Positions 1 to 12,702 of a stretch of 63,549 nt of DNA are shown here, piece by piece. Under the pieces are notes generated by a model, which ran no database searches, was not told the DNA's origin, and saw only the letters and a list, made by a program, of their open reading frames with translations. How positions within the stretch are numbered: position 1 is the stretch's first letter; every line of letters begins with the position of its first letter. Made by a program: the position numbers and the translations under genes. This stretch comes from Rhynchobatus australiae (lineage: Eukaryota), in contig JAUZTB010000057.1 in NCBI GenBank assembly GCA_034780895.1, positions 25,630,249 to 25,693,797 on the forward strand, in the 5' to 3' direction.

Positions 1-95
1 AAAGGACCACAGATTCGAAACATTAACTATTTCTCTTTCCACACCTGACCTGCTGAATTTTTCTTGCATTTGCAATTTTTTGATTTTCACCATTT
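1..95. repeat. Penelope-associated short dispersed repeat fragment
   Basis: The sequence gaaacattaactatttctctttccacacctgacctgctgaattt resembles copies at ~53570, ~54230 and ~58300. Confidence 0.5.
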
Positions 96-309
96 GTCTA
101 AATTCTTCCTTAAGGAAACACACACCAGTTCTTACTATCCCTTGGGTAATCTGAAGCCCTACAAAGTTTACATGTATAAATCATTTTATTCACTACCATT
201 AGTTTTGGCAGAGATATGTCTCTCAATAAACTGCACAGGTTGAAGATGTTGTTGGAACTCATGTTATCTTGAGAAAAAAAGAAAAGATTATTTAAGATTT
301 TGCATGTCA

Positions 310-920
310 CAGGCAGCTTGAGAAAGAAACACTAGTTTCTATCCATGTTCAAACAGAATCTGCAGGAACTGAATTATAGACTAGAAACAGAAGAAAGAGG
401 AAAAGAAAGAAATGAGAAATATTGGAATGGAGGATCAGTTCAAATTAACTGGATGATGATGAAAACATGTTGGTTTTGATTCTGAGAGAAACTAGGTCTC
501 TTACAGCATTAGTTCTCTTATCTAAATTCAGTGCAAAGAGAATGTAAAGCAAAAAGCCTTGTGTCATTTGAGAAAAAATATTGGACTCTGCTTCTACAGA
601 GGGCTTTGGTCGGGAAAGCTTTGGAGCTCTCCTTCTCTTTCAGAGGAATAATCGCGTGACAATGCTCTAGTAAAAGCCAGAGCTATTAATGCCTATGAAT
701 TGGCACCAGAAGCAACTGGGCAAAGATTTAGCACTTTGAAAGAAAACAACTATGTGGAACTAGCTAGGGAGGGGAAATGTTCAGTAGGTGGTATTGATCA
801 ATGAATGGAAGCCAATATTTTGTTAGAAGAGTACTAATATGGTCTCACCTGGAAGGACAGAGAATTAGAGAGGTAAAAGCAGCTATACTGGTAACAGATT
901 ATCATGAATTAACTCCGCAG
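310..920 (+). mobile_element. Decayed Gmr1-like Ty3/gypsy gag fragment with SCAN-like motif
   Basis: Frame fragments: 582-626 WTLLLQRALVGKALE; from 661 NALVKARAINAYELAPEATGQRFSTLKENNYVELAREG; ~846-915 HLEGQRIREVKAAILVTDYHELT; and an upstream E/K/R-rich coiled-coil-like segment. Stops and frameshifts lie between the blocks. Confidence 0.65.
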
Positions 921-1089
921 TGTATTAGCAATAGGCATCAATTTGGAAGTTTACTTAGGTCTGCTTTTGTTTCCTTCTTAACTATTTCATCACTATTCAC
1001 ATCATCTGCTGCTTATTTTTACTTCCTATGTGAGGTTTGTTACAGTTGCCTGAATTAAATTTTAACTCCCTTTTGCTTTTCACACAACT

Positions 1090-2520
1090 CTATTTTGTCC
1101 CAGTCAATCTGGAATTGCCAAATTGCTCCCAATAATTCCATTAAATCTCCCAGTTTGCTAAATTCAGATAATTTGACTTTGAGTTTGTACGTCCAGGTCA
1201 TTTAAATAAATAGGAAACAGTACTGGTCCGAGCATTAAGGCCTGAGGCCTCCCACTAAGTAGTTTTAAGGCACCATCCCAACATAATGAGTCATCATTGT
1301 TTTCTACCCTTCAGGCAGTTTCTTATCCATTCCCACCAGAGTTTGCCCTGAATAGTCACAGCTTTAAGATTTAACCAAGAGCAGATTATATGAAATTTAT
1401 CAGAGATGATTTTTGGAAATCGAAGTCCCATTGGGTCATGTGGGCTTTCACAGTTCAGCTGGGTTGACCAGCCTGGATTTTATCCCGAATTATGGTGCCT
1501 GCTATTTAGTTACTGACTATACAAATAATCATTGTCATATTTGTTCCACACATTCAATTCCATTAATTTAAATGGAATAAAACTAGAACTAATCAATCTT
1601 TATTAGTCCGTGTTTGCTTTGTCCCACTTTTAAAGATGGCAGCATACTGGCCTGTTTCCAAACTGGTTTTGTGTCTAAGGATACACACTTAATGGAGAAC
1701 AGTGCTTCTCAAATCTCCTCCTATTTTTTCTCAGTATTCCAGGGAAATTCCCATCTACACCAGGGATTTCTTTATTTTATCCATTTGCAGCAAAACAATT
1801 GATTTTCATTTCCCATTAACATTAAAAAATTTTATGGTTATCTCTATTTAGGAAAAAATCTTAATCATAACATCCCTGTGAATGCTTTGGGAGAAGTACA
1901 TCTTTTATTATTCATCAAGTGGTCGTCGCTGTTTCAATTCTTCGCAAATTTGACCTGCTGTCTGCTGCATTATTTTGGCAGTGTTCTGCTTTCTTGCCTG
2001 CTCCCTCTCTTCTCCTCTGCTTGTCCTTTAATATATTCCTGCATGATTCTATATTGATTGTGCTCAGCCTCTTTGGTTTTCATTCTGAATTATTGAGGCC
2101 ATTATTTTCCTTTATTTCATTTTTAATTTGTCAATGCATTTTGTGGTTACCTTTTCCATTCTGTGTGTTATTGTAGCATTTGTAATTACCATGTCTGCTC
2201 AACATTAGACCTTAAAGATTATTCCATTCTCCTCTATTTAAACTAATTGTTTTGTTCCTTTTCATTAAATTTATCACTCAAGTCCTATTCAAAGCTCCAG
2301 GTTTTAGGTATTTCTAATTCCTCAATATTTCACCTTGACCATTTGTGATTACTGCCCCTGACATGGCACAGCATCCATTCCTGTGCATTATCTATGTTAC
2401 AAATACCAGGTCAAGATGAGCACTTAGCCTTGTTGCTTCTTTGACATACTGGGTCAGGAAGCAGCATGCAATTCATTTATCAACTCTGATGCAAAAACAT
2501 TTGAGTTCATTTCCCCAGCT
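1090..2520 (-). mobile_element. Old CR1-clade LINE ORF2 relic (endonuclease and RT parts)
   Basis: The reverse complement of ~1195-1258 gives SGRPQALMLGPVLFPIY (degenerate GVPQGSVLGPxLF). The reverse complement of ~2397-2465 gives CFLTQYVKEATRLSAHLDLVFV (CR1 endonuclease motif). Confidence 0.65.
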
Positions 2521-3639
2521 GAAGACGGGCTGCCTTGTACCAGGAAGCTACGTTCTAAGTTTCAAATAGAATTATTTTAATTCTTAGCAGCTTGGAAAAC
2601 ATTTTTTAGTGAAGTGCAAGTTGCAGAGGACTGTGAAGAAGGGGTAGGAAGCAAGAAAAAAAGAGATGTATTATGATAACTAACTTTTCTGTTCTCTGGC
2701 TGTGTGACTTCAATATCCAAAGTACAACATAGTAAGTCAAATCATTCAACACCTAAAAATTCCATTTCCTGTTCCCGTTCCCATGAAACCATGTCAGGAA
2801 AGATATACCTTGCAGGTTGTAGTGATAACATGGCAGAAGATTGAAAAACAACTGAGAAATATGAACACAAGGTAAAAGAAAATCAAAAATTATTAGAATG
2901 NNNNNNNNNNNNNNNNNNNNNNNNNNNNNNNNNNNNNNNNNNNNNNNNNNNNNNNNNNNNNNNNNNNNNNNNNNNNNNNNNNNNNNNNNNNNNNNNNNNN
3001 NNNNNNNNNNNNNNNNNNNNNNNNNNNNNNNNNNNNNNNNNNNNNNNNNNNNNNNNNNNNNNNNNNNNNNNNNNNNNNNNNNNNNNNNNNNNNNNNNNNN
3101 NNNNNNNNNNNNNNNNNNNNNNNNNNNNNNNNNNNNNNNNNNNNNNNNNNNNNNNNNNNNNNNNNNNNNNNNNNNNNNNNNNNNNNNNNNNNNNNNNNNN
3201 NNNNNNNNNNNNNNNNNNNNNNNNNNNNNNNNNNNNNNNNNNNNNNNNNNNNNNNNNNNNNNNNNNNNNNNNNNNNNNNNNNNNNNNNNNNNNNNNNNNN
3301 NNNNNNNNNNNNNNNNNNNNNNNNNNNNNNNNNNNNNNNNNNNNNNNNNNNNNNNNNNNNNNNNNNNNNNNNNNNNNNNNNNNNNNNNNNNNNNNNNNNN
3401 NNNNNNNNNNNNNNNNNNNNNNNNNNNNNNNNNNNNNNNNNNNNNNNNNNNNNNNNNNNNNNNNNNNNNNNNNNNNNNNNNNNNNNNNNNNNNNNNNNNN
3501 NNNNNNNNNNNNNNNNNNNNNNNNNNNNNNNNNNNNNNNNNNNNNNNNTTAATTCTTCTGTTTGGTGGGAGATTTCAAGTTTAAACTTTTGGTTATGATC
3601 CACTCATAATACACTAAGTGCTTTGAAGAACTATTGTAA

Positions 3640-3745
3640 GGAACATGTGAAGCATTAACTCTGTTCCTCTCTTCAAGGACTTCTTGAGTACTTCCAACAT
3701 TTTCTATTTTTACTTCAGATTTTCAGCACCCATGGGTTTATTGTT
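3640..3745. repeat. Penelope-associated short repeat, degenerate
   Basis: gaagcattaactctgttcctct...gagtacttccaacattttctatttttacttcagattttcagc matches the same dispersed family. Confidence 0.45.
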
Positions 3746-4323
3746 TTACAAAATTTGCATATTATTTGGTGGTCATCAAGTCTGCATAACTAGGACAACT
3801 TTTCAAGAATGGTTTTCTTCCAGTGCTATTCCTGCATGAAAGGAGTATCATGCCAAACAAATTCTCAGCTTCAAGATATTACTTTAGATCATCCAATCAA
3901 CTTTAATGACATGTCAGCAAATGTTGAGGCTGTTTCCCACCACCCAAAGTGACATGGTTGCTACAGCCATGGATTAAGGGGTAATAGGCTTATTATTTAA
4001 TGTTGTACCAGTTCATCAAGAAAGTTGATGGTGAAGATACGAGAATTTTATTAAGACTATAACATCTTCAAGGTTTTCGCAAATACTGCTGGTATATGGG
4101 AAGAAGTTCAGTCAATGTACAAAATGTGTGTGTCCTTTAACTTCAAAGGAAAAACTCAAAATTAGCCAAGAAAACTGGCTGTAGGGATGGAAAAGGCAGA
4201 TGCGTGGAATTGCTTGAATTCCAGGAGAATTATCAAAAGTGTATTGAATGCAACCAGAAATAAAACAAAACTGAAGAACAGCAAACAGTTGTAATACCAA
4301 ACCCATGAAAGTTAACAACAAAA

Positions 4324-4838
4324 CGTCCAGTTTTGGTTACCTCATTATAGGAAGGATGTAGAAGCTTTAGAGAGGGTGCAGAGGTGGTTTACCAGGGTGC
4401 TGCCTGGATTAGAGAATAATGTCTTATGGGGAAAGGTTGAGCGAGCTTGGGCTTTTCTCTTCAGAACAACAGAGAATGAGAGGTGACTTGATAGAGGTGT
4501 ATAAGATTATGAGGGGCACAGACAGAGTGGACAGCCAGCACCCTTTTCCCAGGGCAGCAATTGCCAATACCAGAGGACATCCCAATTAAGATGAGAGGAG
4601 GAAAGTTTAGGGGAGATGTCAGAGGTAGGTTTTTCATACAGAGAGTGGTGGTGGGACGCACTGCCGGGAGTGGTGGTAGAAGCTGATACTATAAGGACAT
4701 TTACAAGGCTCTCAGATAGGCACATGGATGTAAGAAAAATGGAAGGTTATGGGCTGTGTAGGAGGGAAGGGTTAGATCGACCATGGAGTAAGTTTATATA
4801 GGTTGGCACATCTTGAGTCAAAGGGCCTGTACTGTTCA
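4324..4838 (+). mobile_element. CR1-clade (HER1-like) LINE 3' fragment
   Basis: Degenerate VQFW.PHYRKDVEALERVQR.FTR.LPGL and RGDLIEVYKIMRG motifs, followed by the typical 3' UTR ending aagggcctgtactgttc. Confidence 0.85.
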
Positions 4839-5814
4839 ATTTCAAAGTAATTGTCAAAAGCATTTTAGCTTGTTGGAGCAATAGAAATCTTGACCAGAGA
4901 TGATCCAAAAGGACAAAGTAATTCCACAATGAAAAGACCAATCAGTGATGACATACAAGGAGCTTTATGAATAAAAATAAAACTGCCCAAAAGTCTTTGG
5001 ATAATTTTCTTTCAAGGTAATCAAAAAGAGGCAGGAACTGTGGTGAAGAGGGTACAAATGCATCCTTGGATGAAAAGGTAGGCAATCTTGTCCATTTGCC
5101 CCTTTAACTCCACCTCCTACCTCCACAAGCAAACTNNNNNNNNNNNNNNNNNNNNNNNNNNNNNNNNNNNNNNNNNNNNNNNNNNNNNNNNNNNNNNNNN
5201 NNNNNNNNNNNNNNNNNNNNNNNNNNNNNNNNNNNNNNNNNNNNNNNNNNNNNNNNNNNNNNNNNNNNNNNNNNNNNNNNNNNNNNNNNNNNNNNNNNNN
5301 NNNNNNNNNNNNNNNNNNNNNNNNNNNNNNNNNNNNNNNNNNNNNNNNNNNNNNNNNNNNNNNNNNNNNNNNNNNNNNNNNNNNNNNNNNNNNNNNNNNN
5401 NNNNNNNNNNNNNNNNNNNNNNNNNNNNNNNNNNNNNNNNNNNNNNNNNNNNNNNNNNNNNNNNNNNNNNNNNNNNNNNNNNNNNNNNNNNNNNNNNNNN
5501 NNNNNNNNNNNNNNNNNNNNNNNNNNNNNNNNNNNNNNNNNNNNNNNNNNNNNNNNNNNNNNNNNNNNNNNNNNNNNNNNNNNNNNNNNNNNNNNNNNNN
5601 NNNNNNNNNNNNNNNNNNNNNNNNNNNNNNNNNNNNNNNNNNNNNNNNNNNNNNNNNNNNNNNNNNNNNNNNNNNNNNNNNNNNNNNNNNNNNNNNNNNN
5701 NNNNNNNNNNNNNNNNNNNNNNNNNNNNNNNNNNNNNNNNNNNNNNNNNNNNNNNNNNNNNNNNNNNNNNNNNNNNNNNNNNNNNNNNNNNNNNNNNNNN
5801 NNNNNNNNAGTTTA

Positions 5815-6290
5815 TTGTACCATCAGATACAATAAACCTATGCCCACTTCAAGATTCGATCATAGTGGGAAGAGCTGAGTCACTCTTCATAGGAAACTCA
5901 TTTAGTGACATGCTCTGTTGCCAAATTGTTTATGCGAGTGATCCAATTGTGGTGATCAGTGTTCAATGCAAGAATGTTGATGGTACGGGGCTCATTGATG
6001 GTGATGCCATTAATTGGAAAGGAGAGGTGGTTAGGGAGAGGCTCATTCCTGGTGCTCGTGAAACCCAGATGTTACTTGCCACTTATCAGCCCCAGTCTGA
6101 ATGTTGCCCGTGACTCACTGCATGCAGGGTTGCTTCATTTTCTAAGAAGTGAAAAAAATAAATATTGCACAGTGAACATCTCCACTTCCAACGTGACAGG
6201 AAATTCAATGAAGTAGAAGAGGCCTGAGCTATGAAACTGTCCTGAGGAACTCCTGAGGCTGAGATGATTGATGTCTAATAGCAACAGCTA
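5815..6290 (-). mobile_element. LINE fragment (CR1-like), degenerate
   Basis: It resembles antisense RT-region sequence (cagatgttacttgccacttatcagccc, gtgaacatctccacttc, cctgaggaactcc). No intact frame remains. Confidence 0.4.
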
Positions 6291-8883
6291 ATCAGTCATG
6301 CATTTGTCCAGTTCACCCACCCATTTGTCAATGCCCCTTTGAGGTCTGTNNNNNNNNNNNNNNNNNNNNNNNNNNNNNNNNNNNNNNNNNNNNNNNNNNN
6401 NNNNNNNNNNNNNNNNNNNNNNNNNNNNNNNNNNNNNNNNNNNNNNNNNNNNNNNNNNNNNNNNNNNNNNNNNNNNNNNNNNNNNNNNNNNNNNNNNNNN
6501 NNACACAGTCACTGGTCCTTTCATTCCTTAGCTCCAATTCTGCTCTCATTATAAAATGAGGTTGTTAATTGTTCACAGGAAAACCATATAAACCCAACCA
6601 TGCTGCATTCTGTTACATCACTGAGAACTCACATAAGTTCAACCTTTATCTTTTTTTTAATGCCCCTGTCCAATTTCTCCAATTTGTCCTTTGTTGTATC
6701 ATTGGCAGCATCAGCAAGTGAAGACAGAGGAATTACTCAGATATTTAATCTATTTCCAACTGCTTATTTACCTATTTGGCCCTAATCAGACCAACTTTAA
6801 TTTTGACAGTCTTCTTACAATCCACACATTCACCTTGAATAACATGGAAGAACTGCTTATTTATTTTTTAAAACATTAATCATTTAAATTATCCCCATTT
6901 ACTATTTTTCTTTATGTATTGTCAGTTCCATTTCAAATGCCAAAGAGTAGAATAGCCACACTGTGTCAAAAAATCAACATAATTAAGAGCAATTTGTCTG
7001 AATTCTCACCAAAATATGTACATTTTCCTATTCTCAATGTAACCTTTGAATGGATTTCACTGCATTGCTGGAGATGGAAGGATGGGATGAGGAAAACATA
7101 ACTCATTTGCAACTAAACAAACAGAAATTGTCAAGGAAATTGCACTTCAAGGGGACCTCATGTGCACCCCTTCACAGAAATGAAGAATGCAGAGCAACAG
7201 TAAAACATTGTGCTCGTTTAACTGGTGATTCTTTTCACATCAAAACAAAGATCTGTGCAGGACCAATCTGTACCAATATGTTTGCCGTCTCCAATCTCAA
7301 CTGGAAGTCACTCACTCCCTCTCAACTTCTCTCATTTTCTGTCCTTTTGAAGGAATTTTTGGATGTTTTTCTATATTGAAGTTGTTAGAAAGGCACAATT
7401 TTGTAAATATCTCAAACCACTTTACACTGCAAACTCAAGCACTAAGAAAACTGTTTTGCTGAAGCCAGAATATCCATTCAAAATAATGGGGATTCTACTA
7501 AAAACTGTGAGAGTCAGATTACAGTCAGCTGGCACTTGGTTAATGAACAACAATCCTTTTCAAGGCCCTAGGCAAAACACTGGTCTCACTTTTAAGGAAT
7601 TAAGTAGTTTCTATCAGGAGTAAAAGCAGCAAATATGAGCTTTGAATAAATCCCAAGTATACTTGATATAATCCCAGTAAAATACAGAGCGAAATCTCTT
7701 TTTGCTATTTTATTGTACCATTAGCAGGAGTAATTTCAACGCTTTTCAATTAAATTACGTTAATTTGATTCATCCTCAAAGACTTCAAATGGATCCAGAC
7801 TTCAATGTTTAGTCTGTGTTTGCTTAACTTTCTATGCCCACTTAAACCACTCCAACAAGGACTCTGTGAGGCTGCCAAAGCTTATTACATTTAAATGCCT
7901 TTAGTAGTCTAACATACACTGAATAATGGATCATCAGAAGTGAGCTACAGATCAGAATCTAATCGAGGTAGCTCAGATGGTTTAGATATAGAACTGGCTA
8001 ATTTTACATAGCACTGCTCACAGGCAGTGGGGTGCACAACTGTAATGTTCACTTGCTGACTGAGCCTTTCCCTTTAGGGCCATCCACTGGGTACACCTGG
8101 TAAGGAAATAGTCTAAGCAGGCACATCTTGAGGTCAATTGCAGGCTAATTACTATTGCAGCTAAAACTTTTTCCAGACTCACAGCTGTTTAACGCTTCCC
8201 CTTGAGGAAACACCAGATTGTCTCAATCTTAGAGAACCAACAGGAAATAACTGACTTTATTTCTTTGCATTTTTTTTTATATAAAGAATGTTCAGTCGTG
8301 ATATGTTGGTGTTTATGCAAAGTGCGATCGCTGAATCTGATGGGCACATCTCAAGACATACACATGTAAATGTACAGGGCACGATCTTCAGGTTCTGTGC
8401 ACGCCACCCTGTAATTTTCTATGCATTCCTGTTATGGAAGGGAAAGCAAGTCGCAAAGCTGCTGCTGTGGGAAATCCCAGCAGTAATGTTTATGTACTGC
8501 CTCTGATAGAATTTGGAAAGCAGCTTTGGAGAGGTGAGCTCACAGACAATGTAGCAAATATTGTTCTGTTCATTTCTTTAAAAGATGAGTGGTCCAGGTT
8601 TTTCCTCATCCAGCAAATATTCACGATAAGTTATCACCCAGATTAATGGTCACTCAAAATAAATTTAATGCATATACTGTACTTTTCTTACTCAGAATAG
8701 ATAATTGAAGGGCACTGCCCCTCATAAAACACAATTCTATAGATAAATACCTATACATGAACATAATTCAATGCATGATTTCTTTGTTCTGATAATTTCA
8801 TAGTTAAAAATAATTTACAATTACCAGGACTATCTTGATAATGGCTTCTCAGCTTTTATCAGTGTTATTTCTCAGACTTCCTT

Positions 8884-9056
8884 TTAAAATTAAAATTTAA
8901 AATTTTATTTACAGTGTGGTAACAGGCCCTTCCGGCCCAAAGTGTCTGTGCCGCCCATTTTAAACCCACAAATTAACCTACCCATACGTCTTTGGAATGT
9001 GGGAGGAAACCAGAGCACCCAGAGGAAACCCACGCAGACACGGGGAGAACGTACAA
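8884..9056 (-). mobile_element. V-SINE/HE1-like SINE with CR1-type tail, running into a gap
   Basis: Core tctttggaatgtgggaggaaaccagagcacccagaggaaacccacgcagacacggggagaacg; tail acaggcccttccggcccaa followed by (ttaaaa)n. Confidence 0.8.
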
Positions 9057-10269
9057 NNNNNNNNNNNNNNNNNNNNNNNNNNNNNNNNNNNNNNNNNNNN
9101 NNNNNNNNNNNNNNNNNNNNNNNNNNNNNNNNNNNNNNNNNNNNNNNNNNNNNNNNNNNNNAGATACTCACACTGAAGAAATCTGAGAGTGAGACAAACA
9201 GATCTCTGATACAAATATTGTTACAGGCATTTCAGGCACTAGAAAAGGCAACTGTATAAATAAATGTCATCATTTTCTTGTGAATTTTATTATTTATGAA
9301 ATTTAAAAGCCTATTTTCATTAGTAAGTTCCCAGATGACAGGCACATGGATTTTCAGAAAAATATATTTGAGGTTATTTAATTTTTCCTCCTTTTCCTTC
9401 CTTTTATTGGCAGGTTTTCCTGGCTGTTCATACTTGATTCATTGCTTTCATTATATCTATAGTTGTTCCTCACTGGTAACTCTGGGTTTCGACATGCTTT
9501 CCTTATATTTGATTTATATTGTTTTCAAGTCTTATGAATACAAAACTTAGACTAGTCATGTGCATGTGCATCACTGATACCATTTCAGTTACACTATGGT
9601 ATTTAGTGATGGACTAAACAGTGTTGATGGACAAAAGATGGACAAAACATCATTTTGTTTTTACATAACAGAAATATAGGGGAAATATTGGTTATCATGC
9701 AGGAAATTACAGCCAAGGGTTAATTGAGATGTTCTGACTATTTATATTCAGAAATTCTCTGATAAATAGCTGTGACAACAGATTTTTCCATTTGATATTG
9801 CTAACAAAATTGAAAGCATGTTTTAAAAATAATGCTCACAATTTCATGAAAATATCAAACAGGAAGTCTTCATAATTGCAATATTGCCACAGAAATCAGC
9901 AGGATGAAACCTCATTAATTGATCACTGGGAATGAGTTAGAAATTAATCAAGCAATTTTAGGGATAGTGGGTGTGTTTATAAACAGAAATAGTGGCTTCT
10001 AGGAACTCATCATGAAATTCATCCTTCAACTCACTTCCCATATTTCATTTTATTGCAATAGAATATCAATACATGGTGCTATGCTGCAAGATATATATTT
10101 TATTTTATTCTTTGTATTACATTCTATCATTGAGTGAAAGGCATAAACTGATGACAAATGCATAAATATTCTTTTTAAATTTCATTTTTTAAACCCTTGT
10201 CCTCATTGAGGAATTATCAATATGATGGTCAAAGAGTTTTAATGTTTGAAGACAAGTTAAGATTGTGAT

Positions 10270-10690
10270 TGTGATTCCACAAGCAGCCATTGCACATTGC
10301 CTGTCTTCTAACCTGCCAACCACCTTTGCATAATTAAATCCTTTTCAGGTTTGTATCACCTTTAACTTTTTAAGTTAACCACAGATGATGGGTTGTCTGC
10401 TTGGAATTTTTCTTTCACATTGGAATGTATCCACTTGGAAAATCTCTTTAAATGTCTATCACTGCATTTCAGTTGACCGATCCCTTAACATAATTTGTCA
10501 GCTCACTTTACTGCCTTGACTTTCTGACAAGCTCCGATTATTTCATTCTTTATACTCTGTCCTACCATGTGGTTACTGTTAGGAGACCTTTACATCACTC
10601 CCACTCGTGACTTCTTGCCTTTATTATTTCTAATCTCCACCAAAACTGCTTCCATGTCCATATAAAATTATAATTATCATTTAGACATGC
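10270..10690 (-). mobile_element. Old CR1-like fragments
   Basis: Antisense CR1-like stretches, e.g. cttgcctttattatttctaatctccaccaaaactgcttcc. Confidence 0.35.
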
Positions 10691-10727
10691 TACCCAAAGG
10701 TAAGTGTGCACCTCAAGTACTTTTTTT

Positions 10728-10859
10728 TTTCTCTTCTTCCAACATGTTAAAATCTGAGGCCAATATTGCCAGACTGCCCTGGCTGGTAGGTGATGCACTT
10801 CAGCTCAGGGCAGTCTGGCAATTTTGGCCTCAGATTTTAACGTGTTGGAAGAGGAAAAG
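10728..10859. repeat. Long inverted repeat (hairpin) with ~55-bp arms
   Basis: tcttccaacatgttaaaatctgaggccaatattgccagactgccctg (10735-10781) pairs with cagggcagtctggcaattttggcctcagattttaacgtgttggaaga (10806-10852) with 2 differences. Confidence 0.92.
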
Positions 10860-12702
10860 ACGTTTAATCATTATGGTGAATGAACTGCAAAGTCAGTCAA
10901 ACTGCAGTTATTATGAAAGCAAAGATTTTATGGACAGTCAATGATCTGAACCAATAACCCTGCTTCTCTCCCTACAGATGAAGCTTAAGCTGCTGAGGAC
11001 CCAGCATCTTCAGTTTCCAATTCAAACTGGGTCTGTTCTCGTCTCATCTTTAGCAAGTCCCAATTAAAGGGCTGCAGTACTGGTATATCCCTACAGCATT
11101 ACAGCAGCTCAGAGACATGCCAAGATTCACTTGCCTCCCATCCAACACAAAAAGTCTGAAAAAGTAACGAATGAAAGTGAGCAAAGTGATTGCTGTAATG
11201 CTAGACGATGGCAGTTTGGAGACAGTTCCACAACAGTGGGCAAAAGAATTGTTCCCTTTTGAATCTGAACTCTAATTAAAGAGCTTTTTATCTTAATGAG
11301 TAACAATACATGCTGTTANNNNNNNNNNNNNNNNNNNNNNNNNNNNNNNNNNNNNNNNNNNNNNNNNNNNNNNNNNNNNNNNNNNNNNNNNNNNNNNNNN
11401 NNNNNNNNNNNNNNNNNNNNNNNNNNNNNNNNNNNNNNNNNNNNNNNNNNNNNNNNNNNNNNNNNNNNNNNNNNNNNNNNNNNNNNNNNNNNNNNNNNNN
11501 NNNNNNNNNNNNNNNNNNNNNNNNNNNNNNNNNNNNNNNNNNNNNNNNNNNNNNNNNNNNNNNNNNNNNNNNNNNNNNNNNNNNNNNNNNNNNNNNNNNN
11601 NNNNNNNNNNNNNNNNNNNNNNNNNNNNNNNNNNNNNNNNNNNNNNNNNNNNNNNNNNNNNNNNNNNNNNNNNNNNNNNNNNNNNNNNNNNNNNNNNNNN
11701 NNNNNNNNNNNNNNNNNNNNNNNNNNNNNNNNNNNNNNNNNNNNNNNNNNNNNNNNNNNNNNNNNNNNNNNNNNNNNNNNNNNNNNNNNNNNNNNNNNNN
11801 NNNNNNNNNNNNNNNNNNNNNNNNNNNNNNNNNNNNNNNNNNNNNNNNNNNNNNNNNNNNNNNNNNNNNNNNNNNNNNNNNNNNNNNNNNNNNNNNNNNN
11901 NNNNNNNNNNNNNNNNNNNNNNNNNNNNNNNNNNNNNNNNNNNNNNNNNNNNNNNNNNNNNNNNNNNNNNNNNNNNNNNNNNNNNNNNNNNNNNNNNNNN
12001 NNNNNNNNNNNNNNNNNNNNNNNNNNNNNNNNNNNNNNNNNNNNNNNNNNNNNNNNNNNNNNNNNNNNNNNNNNNNNNNNNNNNNNNNNNNNNNNNNNNN
12101 NNNNNNNNNNNNNNNNNNNNNNNNNNNNNNNNNNNNNNNNNNNNNNNNNNNNNNNNNNNNNNTCAACAGCAAATACTTCCTCCGTAAAAGAAACCCATAA
12201 GCTCCTCACATTTGTTGAGAGAAGGAAACAAGAGATGATTGATAGCAAAGAAGATCAGGGGCCATCATTGCACTGCAGGGAGTTCTTAGAGAAGTGCACA
12301 GTTCTGGCAAAGGAGGACGAGGCCTGATGAGGGGAAACCTTTACTGAGCTGGAAAGTTTTGAGACTCGTCTTTTAAAAATACTACAATAAAAACTGTGTG
12401 GATGCTGCCTTGTACAATAACAGTTCCAGTTTATCAGTCAGGCTGCACAAGAAAATTAAGTTTTTTTTCCTGGAAATAAGAATCCAAAGACAAGCATAAA
12501 TGATCGATATATATCCAATTTGGTGAACCAATGGGAGTGCATATCCATGGATCACCATGAGATCCCTACTTCATTGTGCAAAAAATGTATCAGGAATTGG
12601 GCCATTTATTATTACTAGTTGGAATGATATGCTCATTTTGATACATTTGTTTGTGTATTATAATAAACTATCATTTAGTTTGTTACTCACTTAACAAATA
12701 AG

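Noticed and set aside
452-486. C/D box-like motifs (atgatga ... ctga)
   Set aside because: The spacing is far too short for a snoRNA, and the motif lies within the gypsy relic.
12322-12345. ctgatgaggggaaacc hammerhead-like motif
   Set aside because: There is no room for stem II between CTGATGA and GAAA, and no convincing flanking stems.
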